A stretch of DNA of 25,147 nt from assembly GCA_043798915.1 (NCBI GenBank), contig JAZDOG010000043.1, positions 1 through 25,147 of the forward strand. Direction: 5' to 3'. A program made the position numbers and the translations under genes. Origin of the DNA: Pseudomonadota bacterium. GTDB lineage: Bacteria > UBA10199 > 2-02-FULL-44-16 > JAAZCA01. This document shows, piece after piece, positions 10,691 to 18,254 of the stretch (positions are counted from its first letter, which is position 1; each line of letters begins with the position of its first letter). The notes under the pieces were generated by a model. It made no database searches. It was not told where the DNA came from and saw only the letters and a list, made by a program, of their open reading frames with translations.

Positions 10691-11011
10691 ATGGCGGCAT
10701 TTTCCAAAACACGTGCAGTAGCCGTTGCTATGACAGACGCCAAACGATACTGTGCGAGGCTGGGAAAGCGCCTCCCTACACCTGCCGAGGTCCAGCTCAT
10801 GGTCGAATCTGATCAGATTCCGTTTGTGAGCTTATCGCATTTCACGAGGCAAAGGTCCGCATTTACATGGATTACTTCAGCAGCAGATACTCGCGTTGGT
10901 TATAAATTTTCTGAAGGAAACCGGATTTTTGATAATCATGTGCCAAGCGATGCAGGTGGCATGTCTTCCGATTCAGCATTCTTCTGTGTTGCAGATCCTG
11001 AAAAATCTTAA
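10691..11011 (+). pseudogene. Probable fragment of an FGE-sulfatase/DUF1566-like domain gene
   Basis: DAKRYCARLGKRLPTPAE motif and terminal FFCV; lower GC than the core genes; no RBS; begins just after the repeat element, so the 5' part is probably lost. Confidence 0.5.
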
Positions 11012-11045
11012 GGGAAATTAAAAACCGTCGGACGGAGGAAAATTT

Positions 11046-11083
11046 GATAAAGGGGACGTTAAAAGAGAAGCGTCCCCTTTATC
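11046..11083. terminator. 13-bp perfect hairpin between convergent genes (terminator or GGGGAC/GTCCCC-type palindrome)
   Basis: GATAAAGGGGACG-N12-CGTCCCCTTTATC; overlaps the stop codon of the DUF422 gene. Confidence 0.6.
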
Positions 11084-11849
11084 TTTGCCCGCGCGAGGGC
11101 AGGAGCGCGGCTGCGCCGATGGCGCAGAGTATCGCGCTGCTCGCCAGACCCAGCTTCCATTCCCCGATCCAGAATGTCACCGCGATGTTGAAGAGGGCGA
11201 TGCCGGCGTAGAAGGCGGGGCACAACCATTGTCTACTTCCCCCCTCACCCTGACCCTCTCCCACAAGGGGAGAGGGGAATAAGCGCCAGAGGGCGTTGTT
11301 GGCTGCGATCACTGCGAGTGCCACGATAAACCACCCCGCGAAGTTCGTCATCGGCACGCCGAAGTACCAGCCCGGATGCGCGTAGAAATGTATCCTGCCC
11401 AGGAACCATTTGTCGCCCATCGTGGCCAGCGGATCGATGATCACGTCTAGGAGCATGGTGAGGAGGGCGCCGAGGAAAATAGTTTTGGCGATGGATGGAC
11501 CCCCCTCACCCCGACCCTCTCCCACCAGGGGAGAGGGAGCAGAGTTGATAATAAATTTCGCCGTAGTATATCCCGCGAATATCAAAAACGGATACGAGAG
11601 CGAATCGAAGAACGGCACTCCGCCGAAGAGCAGCTCGCCCTTCAGATTTTCATATATGTAATGATACTCGCCGTATGGAAAGCCGTTGCGGATGGATGAG
11701 TATTCAGAGGCCCACGCGATCAGGTATCCGGAGACGAGCCACAGGATCGCCCGCCGCCATCCCCACAGCCGCCATGCGAGGATCAGATAAGCCGCGAGGA
11801 ACGCAAAGACATAGGGGCGATGCATGATAGATATTGCGAGGCCGTTCAT
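11079..11849 (-). CDS. DUF422/CruF-like (carotenoid biosynthesis family) membrane protein with two in-frame repeat insertions
   Basis: E..S..NGFPYGEYHY, GVPF, D...DPLA...W and YFGVPMTNFAGWF motifs. Start placed at 11849 (TGATG overlap with the upstream regulator). Confidence 0.8.
   Translation of the reverse strand: MNGLAISIMHRPYVFAFLAAYLILAWRLWGWRRAILWLVSGYLIAWASEYSSIRNGFPYGEYHYIYENLKGELLFGGVPFFDSLSYPFLIFAGYTTAKFIINSAPSPLVGEGRGEGGPSIAKTIFLGALLTMLLDVIIDPLATMGDKWFLGRIHFYAHPGWYFGVPMTNFAGWFIVALAVIAANNALWRLFPSPLVGEGQGEGGSRQWLCPAFYAGIALFNIAVTFWIGEWKLGLASSAILCAIGAAALLPSRGQR
11239..11276. repeat. REP-like hairpin arm inside the CDS, encodes PSPLVGEGQGEGG
   Basis: CCCCCCTCACCCTGACCCTCTCCCACAAGGGGAGAGGG; 36/38 identical to 11500..11537. 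Confidence 0.9.
11500..11537. repeat. REP-like hairpin arm inside the CDS, encodes PSPLVGEGRGEGG
   Basis: CCCCCCTCACCCCGACCCTCTCCCACCAGGGGAGAGGG. Confidence 0.9.
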
Positions 11850-12811
11850 CAGGATTGAGGTTTGTTTTTCATTATTTCGAAGAAGGTTTTGACGCACGCC
11901 GGATCCCACTGCCCGCTGCCGATCTCGTTCTCGAATATGGCGAGGGCGGTCTTGCCCTCCAGGCCCTGCCGGTAGGGCCTGTCCGTCGTCATGGCGTCAT
12001 AGGCGTCGGCGACCGCTGTTATGCGCGCGACCAGCGGAATCTCTTCGCCCTTCAGACCGTCCGGATACCCGCCCCCGTCCATCCTCTCATGGTGCGAGCG
12101 GATGATCGGCAGGCACGGCTCAAGGCTCTTGAGCGGGGCGCATATCTCGTATCCCCGCGCGGGATGCGTCCGTATGTGGACCATCTCCTCTTCGGTGAGC
12201 TTGCCGGGCTTGAGCAGAATCGATTCCTTCACGCCGATTTTTCCGATATCGTGGATGAGCCCGCCTCTTCGGATCGCTTCGATATCGCTTTCGCCAAGGC
12301 CCATCCTGTGCCCCATCTCCACGCCCAGCTTCGACACCCTCTCCGAGTGGCCGCTGGTGTAGAAGTCCTTCGCTTCGAGGGCCCCTGCGAGCGAGAAGAG
12401 GATGCTCTCGCTCGTGTCGAGGTCGTCGTGCAGGAGCTTCATGCGGAGCAGCGACTTGATCCTCGTAGTCAGCTCAAGGCGGTTGATCGGCTTCACGAGG
12501 AAATCATCCGCGCCGAGCTCTATGGCCTTCAGTTTGTCGCTCTGTTCCTGCAGGGCGGTGACGACGACTATCGGTATGAACTGCGTCTTCTTGTCGTTCC
12601 TGATGTGCTGGCAGATCTCGAATCCCGAAATGCGCGGCATCATGAGATCCAGGAGCACAAGATCGGGCGGGTTCTTCTGTATCTTGTGCAGGGCCTCCTC
12701 GCCGTCGTAGGCGGTGTCGATGCTGTAGGGATAGGGCTTGAGCTGCGCCTTGAGCACCTCCACGTTGCTTGCGTTGTCATCCACTATCAGGATAGAGGGC
12801 TGTCGGCTCAT
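11849..12811 (-). CDS. Response regulator with HD-GYP phosphodiesterase domain (RpfG-like)
   Basis: Receiver ILIVDDN...LVLLDLMMP...DFLVKP; YTSGHSERV, HDIGKIG, HHERMDGGGYPDGL and VADAYDAMTTDRPYR. Start is 12811 or 12817. Confidence 0.93.
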   Translation of the reverse strand: MSRQPSILIVDDNASNVEVLKAQLKPYPYSIDTAYDGEEALHKIQKNPPDLVLLDLMMPRISGFEICQHIRNDKKTQFIPIVVVTALQEQSDKLKAIELGADDFLVKPINRLELTTRIKSLLRMKLLHDDLDTSESILFSLAGALEAKDFYTSGHSERVSKLGVEMGHRMGLGESDIEAIRRGGLIHDIGKIGVKESILLKPGKLTEEEMVHIRTHPARGYEICAPLKSLEPCLPIIRSHHERMDGGGYPDGLKGEEIPLVARITAVADAYDAMTTDRPYRQGLEGKTALAIFENEIGSGQWDPACVKTFFEIMKNKPQS

Positions 12812-12867
12812 GCCCATTTTATAACAAAAGCCGGGACCCGTGTCTACCAGCGAAGCCGGGAAATGGG

Positions 12868-12897
12868 TTGACAGAGGTGCCTGCCGTCCGATAGCTT
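12868..12897 (+). promoter_or_regulatory. Putative promoter
   Basis: TTGACA-N18-TAGCTT upstream of the 12943 gene; the same arrangement occurs on the minus strand at 1128..1099. Confidence 0.45.
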
Positions 12898-12942
12898 CGG
12901 GAACCTCGGGTTCCATATCCTTAATCTGCAAGGGGGGTGGCT

Positions 12943-13482
12943 ATGTGGAGTCTGATCAAATGGCTGTTTATTATAGCTATCATAGGCGGGGCGGTTCTCT
13001 GGTACACGGGCTATAAGATCGAAGGCAAGACGATTCAGGAGCATCTGAAACCCGTGCTCGAGAAGAAGACGGTTAAGGAGGGAATCCACGACCTGCGCTC
13101 CATCGTGGGCGAAGGGCTCAAGGCGGCAGGAGAGGCGGTTTCCGAGGACGTGACGGATTCGGAGCGCAAGCAGCTCGACAACGTCGTCCGGCAGGAACTG
13201 GATAAGGGCAAGCCGATCGCGGGTGTGCCGGGGCAGATGGCGCTTCCGGCCATGCCGCAGGCACCCGTCGCGGGAGGGACAGCCCTGCAACAGGTGGCTC
13301 CGCAGCCGGCCCCGACCGAGAAGCAACAGGCGAAGGACCAGACGCTAATACAGGCCGTGCAACAGATAAAGCAGCAGGCAGTTCCGCCCGCGCCGCAGCC
13401 GGCGCTGGTGCAGACTGCGCCAGCACAACCACAACCAGCACCGGCACAGCCTGTACAGCAGATGCCGACACCAACACCATAA
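12943..13482 (+). CDS. Hypothetical membrane-anchored protein with Pro/Gln/Ala-rich tail
   Basis: N-terminal TM segment WLFIIAIIGGAVLWY, helical middle, low-complexity C-terminus; G-rich RBS. Confidence 0.75.
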   Translation: MWSLIKWLFIIAIIGGAVLWYTGYKIEGKTIQEHLKPVLEKKTVKEGIHDLRSIVGEGLKAAGEAVSEDVTDSERKQLDNVVRQELDKGKPIAGVPGQMALPAMPQAPVAGGTALQQVAPQPAPTEKQQAKDQTLIQAVQQIKQQAVPPAPQPALVQTAPAQPQPAPAQPVQQMPTPTP

Positions 13483-13494
13483 GGAGGGGATGAC

Positions 13495-13764
13495 ATGGAA
13501 GCGCCGAAGACCGAAACGAAGAAATCCTGCAGCGTCAAAGATTGCAAGCGCCCCTATCGGGCGAAGGGCTATTGCGTTGTCCACTATCAGAAATGGCGCC
13601 GCGGCGAGATCGAGGGTGCCACGCCCCGCTACCGCACCTGCAGGGAAGAGAACTGCAGAAAGGCGACGTTCAAGGCCGGCCTCTGCGAGCCGCATTACTC
13701 CGCGTGGAGCGCCTCCAAGAAGGGCCAGCCAGCGGCAGCGCCCGCAGCCGAAGCGCAATCATAA
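13495..13764 (+). CDS. Small basic protein with two C-X4-C-X9-C-X2-H zinc-finger repeats (resembles myxobacterial 'vegetative protein' annotations)
   Basis: CSVKDCKRPYRAKGYCVVHY and CREENCRKATFKAGLCEPHY; strong AAGGAGG RBS. Confidence 0.8.
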   Translation: MEAPKTETKKSCSVKDCKRPYRAKGYCVVHYQKWRRGEIEGATPRYRTCREENCRKATFKAGLCEPHYSAWSASKKGQPAAAPAAEAQS

Positions 13765-13776
13765 AATACAGAGTCG

Positions 13777-14436
13777 ATGCCAGCGTCGAAAAACATCCTC
13801 ATGGAGGGCTTCAGTCGCCTTCGTTCGCGTTTCGGTCCGCGGCACTGGTGGCCCGGCGATACCCCTTTCGAAGTGATGGTCGGCGCCATCCTCACCCAGA
13901 ACACGAACTGGAAGAACGTCGAGCGCGCCATCGGCAACCTCAAGTCCAGGCGCCTGCTCGATCCGCACAAACTTCTGGATCTCCATCCAGCGACTCTCGC
14001 CCCGCTCATCCGGCCGGCCGGCTACTTCAGGGTGAAGACGGACAGGCTTAAGGCTTTCCTCAAATTTTTTGTGGAGAATTACGACGGCGACGTCGTGCGT
14101 ATGCAGGGCCGCCCCGCAGCGGCCATGCGCGAGGAGCTGCTTTCCGTGAAGGGCATCGGCCCCGAGACTGCAGACTCGATACTCCTCTATGCGCTGGATA
14201 AGCCGATTTTTGTGATCGACGCATACACGAAGCGGATACTCTCCCGCCACGGCCTCTGCGCGGAGGACGACAGCTACGACGACCTGCAGGCGCTCTTCAC
14301 GGATCGCCTGCCTTCGGATGTGAAACTCTTCAACGAATATCATGCGCTGATCGTGGAGACCGGCAAGGGCTTCTGCCGCACGAAGCAGCTCTGCGACGAT
14401 TGCCCCTTGAACGGGTGGAACTGTAAGAACGCCTGA
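13777..14436 (+). CDS. Endonuclease III-related HhH-GPD DNA glycosylase
   Basis: WWP..TPFEVMVGAILTQNTNWKNV, LLSVKGIGPETADSILLYA, FVIDAY and a C-terminal Cys cluster CRTKQLCDDCPLNGWNC. Confidence 0.9.
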   Translation: MPASKNILMEGFSRLRSRFGPRHWWPGDTPFEVMVGAILTQNTNWKNVERAIGNLKSRRLLDPHKLLDLHPATLAPLIRPAGYFRVKTDRLKAFLKFFVENYDGDVVRMQGRPAAAMREELLSVKGIGPETADSILLYALDKPIFVIDAYTKRILSRHGLCAEDDSYDDLQALFTDRLPSDVKLFNEYHALIVETGKGFCRTKQLCDDCPLNGWNCKNA

Positions 14437-14524
14437 AAAAGAGGGTCCTGTAAAGGCATCAGGATAAGGCACTTTTCGGAATAGATTTGTAATGGAGCGG
14501 CATTGGTGATACTATAATGGTGTC

Positions 14525-14571
14525 AAACCCGCCGCGCCTCTGCAATGCAAGCGAATCCGGCGGGTTTTTTT
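14525..14571 (+). terminator. Rho-independent terminator
   Basis: AAACCCGCCG...CGGCGGGTTT stem ending in a T7 tract, downstream of the glycosylase gene. Confidence 0.7.
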
Positions 14572-14596
14572 GTCCGGAAACCACCGGTCACAGAGC

Positions 14597-14630
14597 AAAA
14601 AAAAGGCGCCGGTCAGAAGACCGGCACCTT
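14597..14630 (-). terminator. Rho-independent terminator
   Basis: Minus strand reads AAGGTGCCGGTC-TTCT-GACCGGCGCC followed by T8, just after the Lys/Glu-rich gene. Confidence 0.85.
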
Positions 14631-14653
14631 GATTCTATGTATTTTAGTCTAGA

Positions 14654-15073
14654 TTACTTAGCCTTCTTGTGGTGACGCTTCTTCTCGACCTTCTTCTCTT
14701 TCTTCTCTTCCTTCATCTCTTCCTTCTTTTCTTTCTTTTCCTTCTTTTCCATTTTCTTTTCGCCTTTTTTCTCGGCCTTCGTATCTTTCTTCTCTTCCTT
14801 CACGGCTTCCTTCTTCTCTTTCTTCTCTTCCTTCACTGCGCTCTTATCTGTGTCCTTGTCGGCCTTCTTCTTCTTGGCTACGAGCGTTTCGTTGCTCTTT
14901 GCCGGCGTCGTTGCCTTCTGCGTGTCAGAAACCGAAGGTCCCGATGTCGGATAGTCGGCTTCGATGTTGCTCGTCACGTTCGACTTGGTCGAGACCTTCG
15001 ACTTGGCGCTGGAAACGCCTGCGAAGGCAACGGCCACGCACAGCACTACTGCACAGATTAAAATTTTCTTCAT
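14654..15073 (-). CDS. Secreted Lys/Glu-rich low-complexity protein
   Basis: Signal peptide MKKILICAVVLCVAVAFAGVSSA, repeated EEKKEKK units, AAGGAGGGGG RBS and its own terminator. Confidence 0.8.
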   Translation of the reverse strand: MKKILICAVVLCVAVAFAGVSSAKSKVSTKSNVTSNIEADYPTSGPSVSDTQKATTPAKSNETLVAKKKKADKDTDKSAVKEEKKEKKEAVKEEKKDTKAEKKGEKKMEKKEKKEKKEEMKEEKKEKKVEKKRHHKKAK

Positions 15074-15166
15074 GTCTACCCCCTCCTTGAGGTTAAAGTG
15101 TCTACTTTCACGGGCTTTATACAGGTTCAACGGACATGAGATCAAGCGGTTTTTAAGGGCAAAATT

Positions 15167-17125
15167 CTATTTAACCTTGGAACCCACGGCGACCTCTTTG
15201 AGGGGCGTGAGTATCGAGATCGTGCTCTCGTCCGATGCGGCCAGGAGCATCCCCTGGGATTCAACCCCGCGGAGCACTGCGGGTTTCAAATTTGCCACGA
15301 CGACGACCCGTTTCCCGATGAGGTCCTGCGGCTCGTAGTGTTTCGCTATCCCGGCGACGATCTGTTTCGTCTCGCTCCCCAGGTTCACCTTGAGCTTCAA
15401 GAGCCTGTCGGCCCCTTCGACCTTCTCTGCTTCCACTATCTCTGCTATGCGGAGATCGATCTTCGCGAATTCGGAGATGTCGAGAAGCGTCGTTTCAACT
15501 GGCTGGGTTTCCATTTTTTTCTCCTCTTTCTTTTGGCTCGGCGCTTTGGCCGGTTTGCTTGCTTCTTCTTTTTCGCCTTTTTCCTCGATCCGCGGGAAGA
15601 GGCCTTCTCCGGCCTTGACTGTGATCTGTTTGCTCACTGTGCCCCACGGCCGATTCGCATCGTCGATCGTCTGTTGCCCGAGCGCTCCTAAAGCGGTGAG
15701 CCCCATCGTTTCCCAGATGCGCTCCGCGGTCCGAGGGAGGAAGGGATAGAGCATGATGGTCAGGACGTGCACGGCGGAGGCGACATTCCAGAGGACGCGG
15801 CCTATCTCTTCCTTCTTGCCGGCCTTGGCCAGTTCCCATGGTTTGTGGTCGTTGATGTGGCGGTCAGCCGAGGTCACGACCTCCCATATCGCCGCCAGCG
15901 CGTCGTGAAATTCAACCTCGCCAGCCTTGTGGTCGAGCGCGCCCTGCACCTTCCCCGGCAGCGCGCATGTCGTCCTTGCGATGTCGGTGTTCACATCGGG
16001 CGAGGGCACGGGATCGATCGAGCCGTTCTGATATCTCGTCGCCATCCCGACCGTGCGGCTCACCAGATTGCCGATACCGTTGGCGAGGTCGCCGTTGTAG
16101 CGCTCGATGAAGTGCTCCCAGGTGAAATCGGCGTCGCGGCCGAAGCCGCCCTCGCGCAGCAGATAGTAGCGCAGAGGGTCGGGCCCGAAGCGGTCCACGA
16201 CGTCCATCGGCTTCACGACGTTGCCGAGGGTCTTGCTCATCTTCTCTCCCTTGAGCGAGATGAAGCCGTGGCCGAAGATGGTCTCCGGCAGGGGCAGCCC
16301 GGCGCTCATGAGCATCGCGGGCCAGATGACGCAGTGAAAGCGCGTGATGTCCTTGCCGATGACGTGGATGTCGGCCGGCCACCATTTTTTGAACTTCGCC
16401 TCGTCCCAGCCGTAGCCCACCGCCGTGATGTAGTTGATCAGCGCGTCGACCCAGACGTAGACGACGTGCTCGGGGTCGCCCGGCACCTTGATGCCCCAGT
16501 CGACGGAGGCGCGCGAGACGGAGATGTCCTGCAGCCCCTCCTTCAGGAAGCTCAGTATCTCGTTTCGCCTGATATCCGGCAGGATGAATTCCGGGTGTTT
16601 CTCGATGTGGTTGAGGAGCGCGTCGCGATATCTCGAGAGGGCGAAGAAATAATTTTCCTCGGAGAGCCATTTGGGTTTCGACTTGTGGTTGGGGCAGAGG
16701 CCGTCCGCGAGGTCCTTTTCGGTGAGGAAAGCCTCGCACGACTCGCAGTACCAGCCCTCGTAGCGCTTCTTGAAGATGTCGCCCCGCTCCATGATCTTCG
16801 CAAAGAGCTTTTGCACGCCCTTCTCGTGGTGAGGGTCAGAGGTCCGGATAAAACCGTCACAGGATATGTCCAGGCTTTTCCAGATGCGCTCGAAATGGGC
16901 GTGCATCTCGTCGCAGTAGGCCTTGGTCGTCTTGCCCTGCGCGACGGCGGCCTTCTGGACGTTGACCGAATGCTCGTCGTTGCCCATCTGGAAATGGACC
17001 TCGTCGCCGCACATGCGGTGCCACCGGGCGAGGACGTCCGCGCCGATCTTCTCGTAGGCGGTCCCGATGTGCGGAAGGCTGTTCACGTAGTCGATCGCCG
17101 TGGTTATGTAGAATTTTTTCTTCAT
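15167..17125 (-). CDS. metG: Methionine--tRNA ligase
   Basis: FYITTAIDYVNSLPHIGT (HIGH), Zn knuckle CESC/CPNH, IGKDITRFH, KMSKT and a C-terminal tRNA-binding OB domain (NLKP...GVESQGMLLA). Alternative TTG start at 17137. Confidence 0.97.
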   Translation of the reverse strand: MKKKFYITTAIDYVNSLPHIGTAYEKIGADVLARWHRMCGDEVHFQMGNDEHSVNVQKAAVAQGKTTKAYCDEMHAHFERIWKSLDISCDGFIRTSDPHHEKGVQKLFAKIMERGDIFKKRYEGWYCESCEAFLTEKDLADGLCPNHKSKPKWLSEENYFFALSRYRDALLNHIEKHPEFILPDIRRNEILSFLKEGLQDISVSRASVDWGIKVPGDPEHVVYVWVDALINYITAVGYGWDEAKFKKWWPADIHVIGKDITRFHCVIWPAMLMSAGLPLPETIFGHGFISLKGEKMSKTLGNVVKPMDVVDRFGPDPLRYYLLREGGFGRDADFTWEHFIERYNGDLANGIGNLVSRTVGMATRYQNGSIDPVPSPDVNTDIARTTCALPGKVQGALDHKAGEVEFHDALAAIWEVVTSADRHINDHKPWELAKAGKKEEIGRVLWNVASAVHVLTIMLYPFLPRTAERIWETMGLTALGALGQQTIDDANRPWGTVSKQITVKAGEGLFPRIEEKGEKEEASKPAKAPSQKKEEKKMETQPVETTLLDISEFAKIDLRIAEIVEAEKVEGADRLLKLKVNLGSETKQIVAGIAKHYEPQDLIGKRVVVVANLKPAVLRGVESQGMLLAASDESTISILTPLKEVAVGSKVK

Positions 17126-17139
17126 TGCAAATTTCAAGT

Positions 17140-17233
17140 CCCCTCCCCTTTGTAAGGGGAGGGGCAGGGTGGGGTAGATCTGCTGGAAACGCTGTATCTA
17201 CCTCCCCTATCCCCTCCTTACAAAGGAGGGGGA
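17140..17233. repeat. Complete two-armed inverted REP-like element between ricT and metG
   Basis: CCCCTCCCCTT-TGT-AAGGGGAGGGG-CAGGGTGGGGTAGAT ... ATCTACCTCCCCT-ATCCCCTCCTT-ACA-AAGGAGGGGAT. Confidence 0.85.
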
Positions 17234-17239
17234 TTAATT

Positions 17240-18223
17240 TTATGGGCCCTTTTTCACCTTTTGTCTCTCTCTCCTGTCGCGGCCGCTCTCCATGCGCTTG
17301 GCCCTTCTCTGCGAGCGCTCTTCGTTCGATTCCTCAACCTTCCTCGCCGCCTCCAGCGCTGCCGCGCGCTCGGCCTGCGTGAGCGGCTTGCAGTCATCGC
17401 AGGGGCAGCGGCATTCGCCGCCGGCGAAGAGGCGCACCGTGCACTCGCGTTTGAGCACGTTGTGGCCTACGATCTTTCCGGAGCCGCCGGGGGAGGAGAC
17501 CGTGAGCCCCACCTTGGGCAGGCCCTTTCTGTATTCGTCATAGAGCGCGTGTTCGTATGCGAGGCAGCATTTGAGCTTGCCGCACATGCCGATGAGCTTG
17601 GCGGGATTGGGCGCCAGCCCCTGGTGCTTGGCCATAGAGATGGAGATCGGCTGAAAATGCCGCAGGTATTCCGAACAGCAGGTGCCCTGGCCGCACGGGC
17701 CCAGCGAGCCCCTGTGCTTTGCCTCGTCGCGCGCGCCGATCTGCCGCATCTCTATGCGCATGCGCAACGAGGTGGCGAGGTCCTTCACGAGCCCCCTGAA
17801 GTCCACTCGCTCCTCGGCGTAAAAGATGAAGACGATTTTCTTTCCGCCCTCTTCGAGAAGGGCGTCGACGAGTTTCATCGGAAGGCCGCGCTCGCGAATC
17901 TTCTCCTGGCAGGTGGTGAAGCGCGAGAGCGCCTCCTCCCTGTTGCGGGCCTCTTTCTCCATCTCCTCGGGCGATGCGCGATGGAGCAGCCGCCTCGTGC
18001 TCTGCGGCAGCTCCCCCTCGGCCGCTTCGCGCGGCTTCGCCATCACGCGGCCTACGCCCACCCCGCCTTCGGCCTCCACGACCACGGACTCGCCAACGGC
18101 GATCGAGGGGTCGGTCGTGGAGAACGTGTGGATGGTCCCCGCCGCGCGAAACTGGACGCCGACCGCGAGCATCGCGGGCTTCGGGGTCTCGGTCTTTTGT
18201 TCTGTGTTTGTTGTTTCTTCCAT
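17240..18223 (-). CDS. ricT: PSP1-domain protein RicT/YaaT
   Basis: FYAEERVDFRGLVKDLA...RIEMRQIGARDEAK...GPCGQGTCC...GMCGKLKCCLAYE; synteny tmk-holB-ricT-metG. Confidence 0.92.
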   Translation of the reverse strand: MEETTNTEQKTETPKPAMLAVGVQFRAAGTIHTFSTTDPSIAVGESVVVEAEGGVGVGRVMAKPREAAEGELPQSTRRLLHRASPEEMEKEARNREEALSRFTTCQEKIRERGLPMKLVDALLEEGGKKIVFIFYAEERVDFRGLVKDLATSLRMRIEMRQIGARDEAKHRGSLGPCGQGTCCSEYLRHFQPISISMAKHQGLAPNPAKLIGMCGKLKCCLAYEHALYDEYRKGLPKVGLTVSSPGGSGKIVGHNVLKRECTVRLFAGGECRCPCDDCKPLTQAERAAALEAARKVEESNEERSQRRAKRMESGRDRRERQKVKKGP

Positions 18224-18254
18224 AAAAATCAGCGCCTTGGAAAAAAGGCGCTTA

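Noticed and set aside
14493..14517. Possible attenuator leader peptide (AALVIL* or MERHW*) before the terminator
   Set aside because: No start or RBS for the first peptide, and no downstream same-strand biosynthetic gene.
14669..15061. Leu/Phe-rich plus-strand ORF
   Set aside because: Antisense of the Lys/Glu-rich gene, which has the RBS, signal peptide and terminator.
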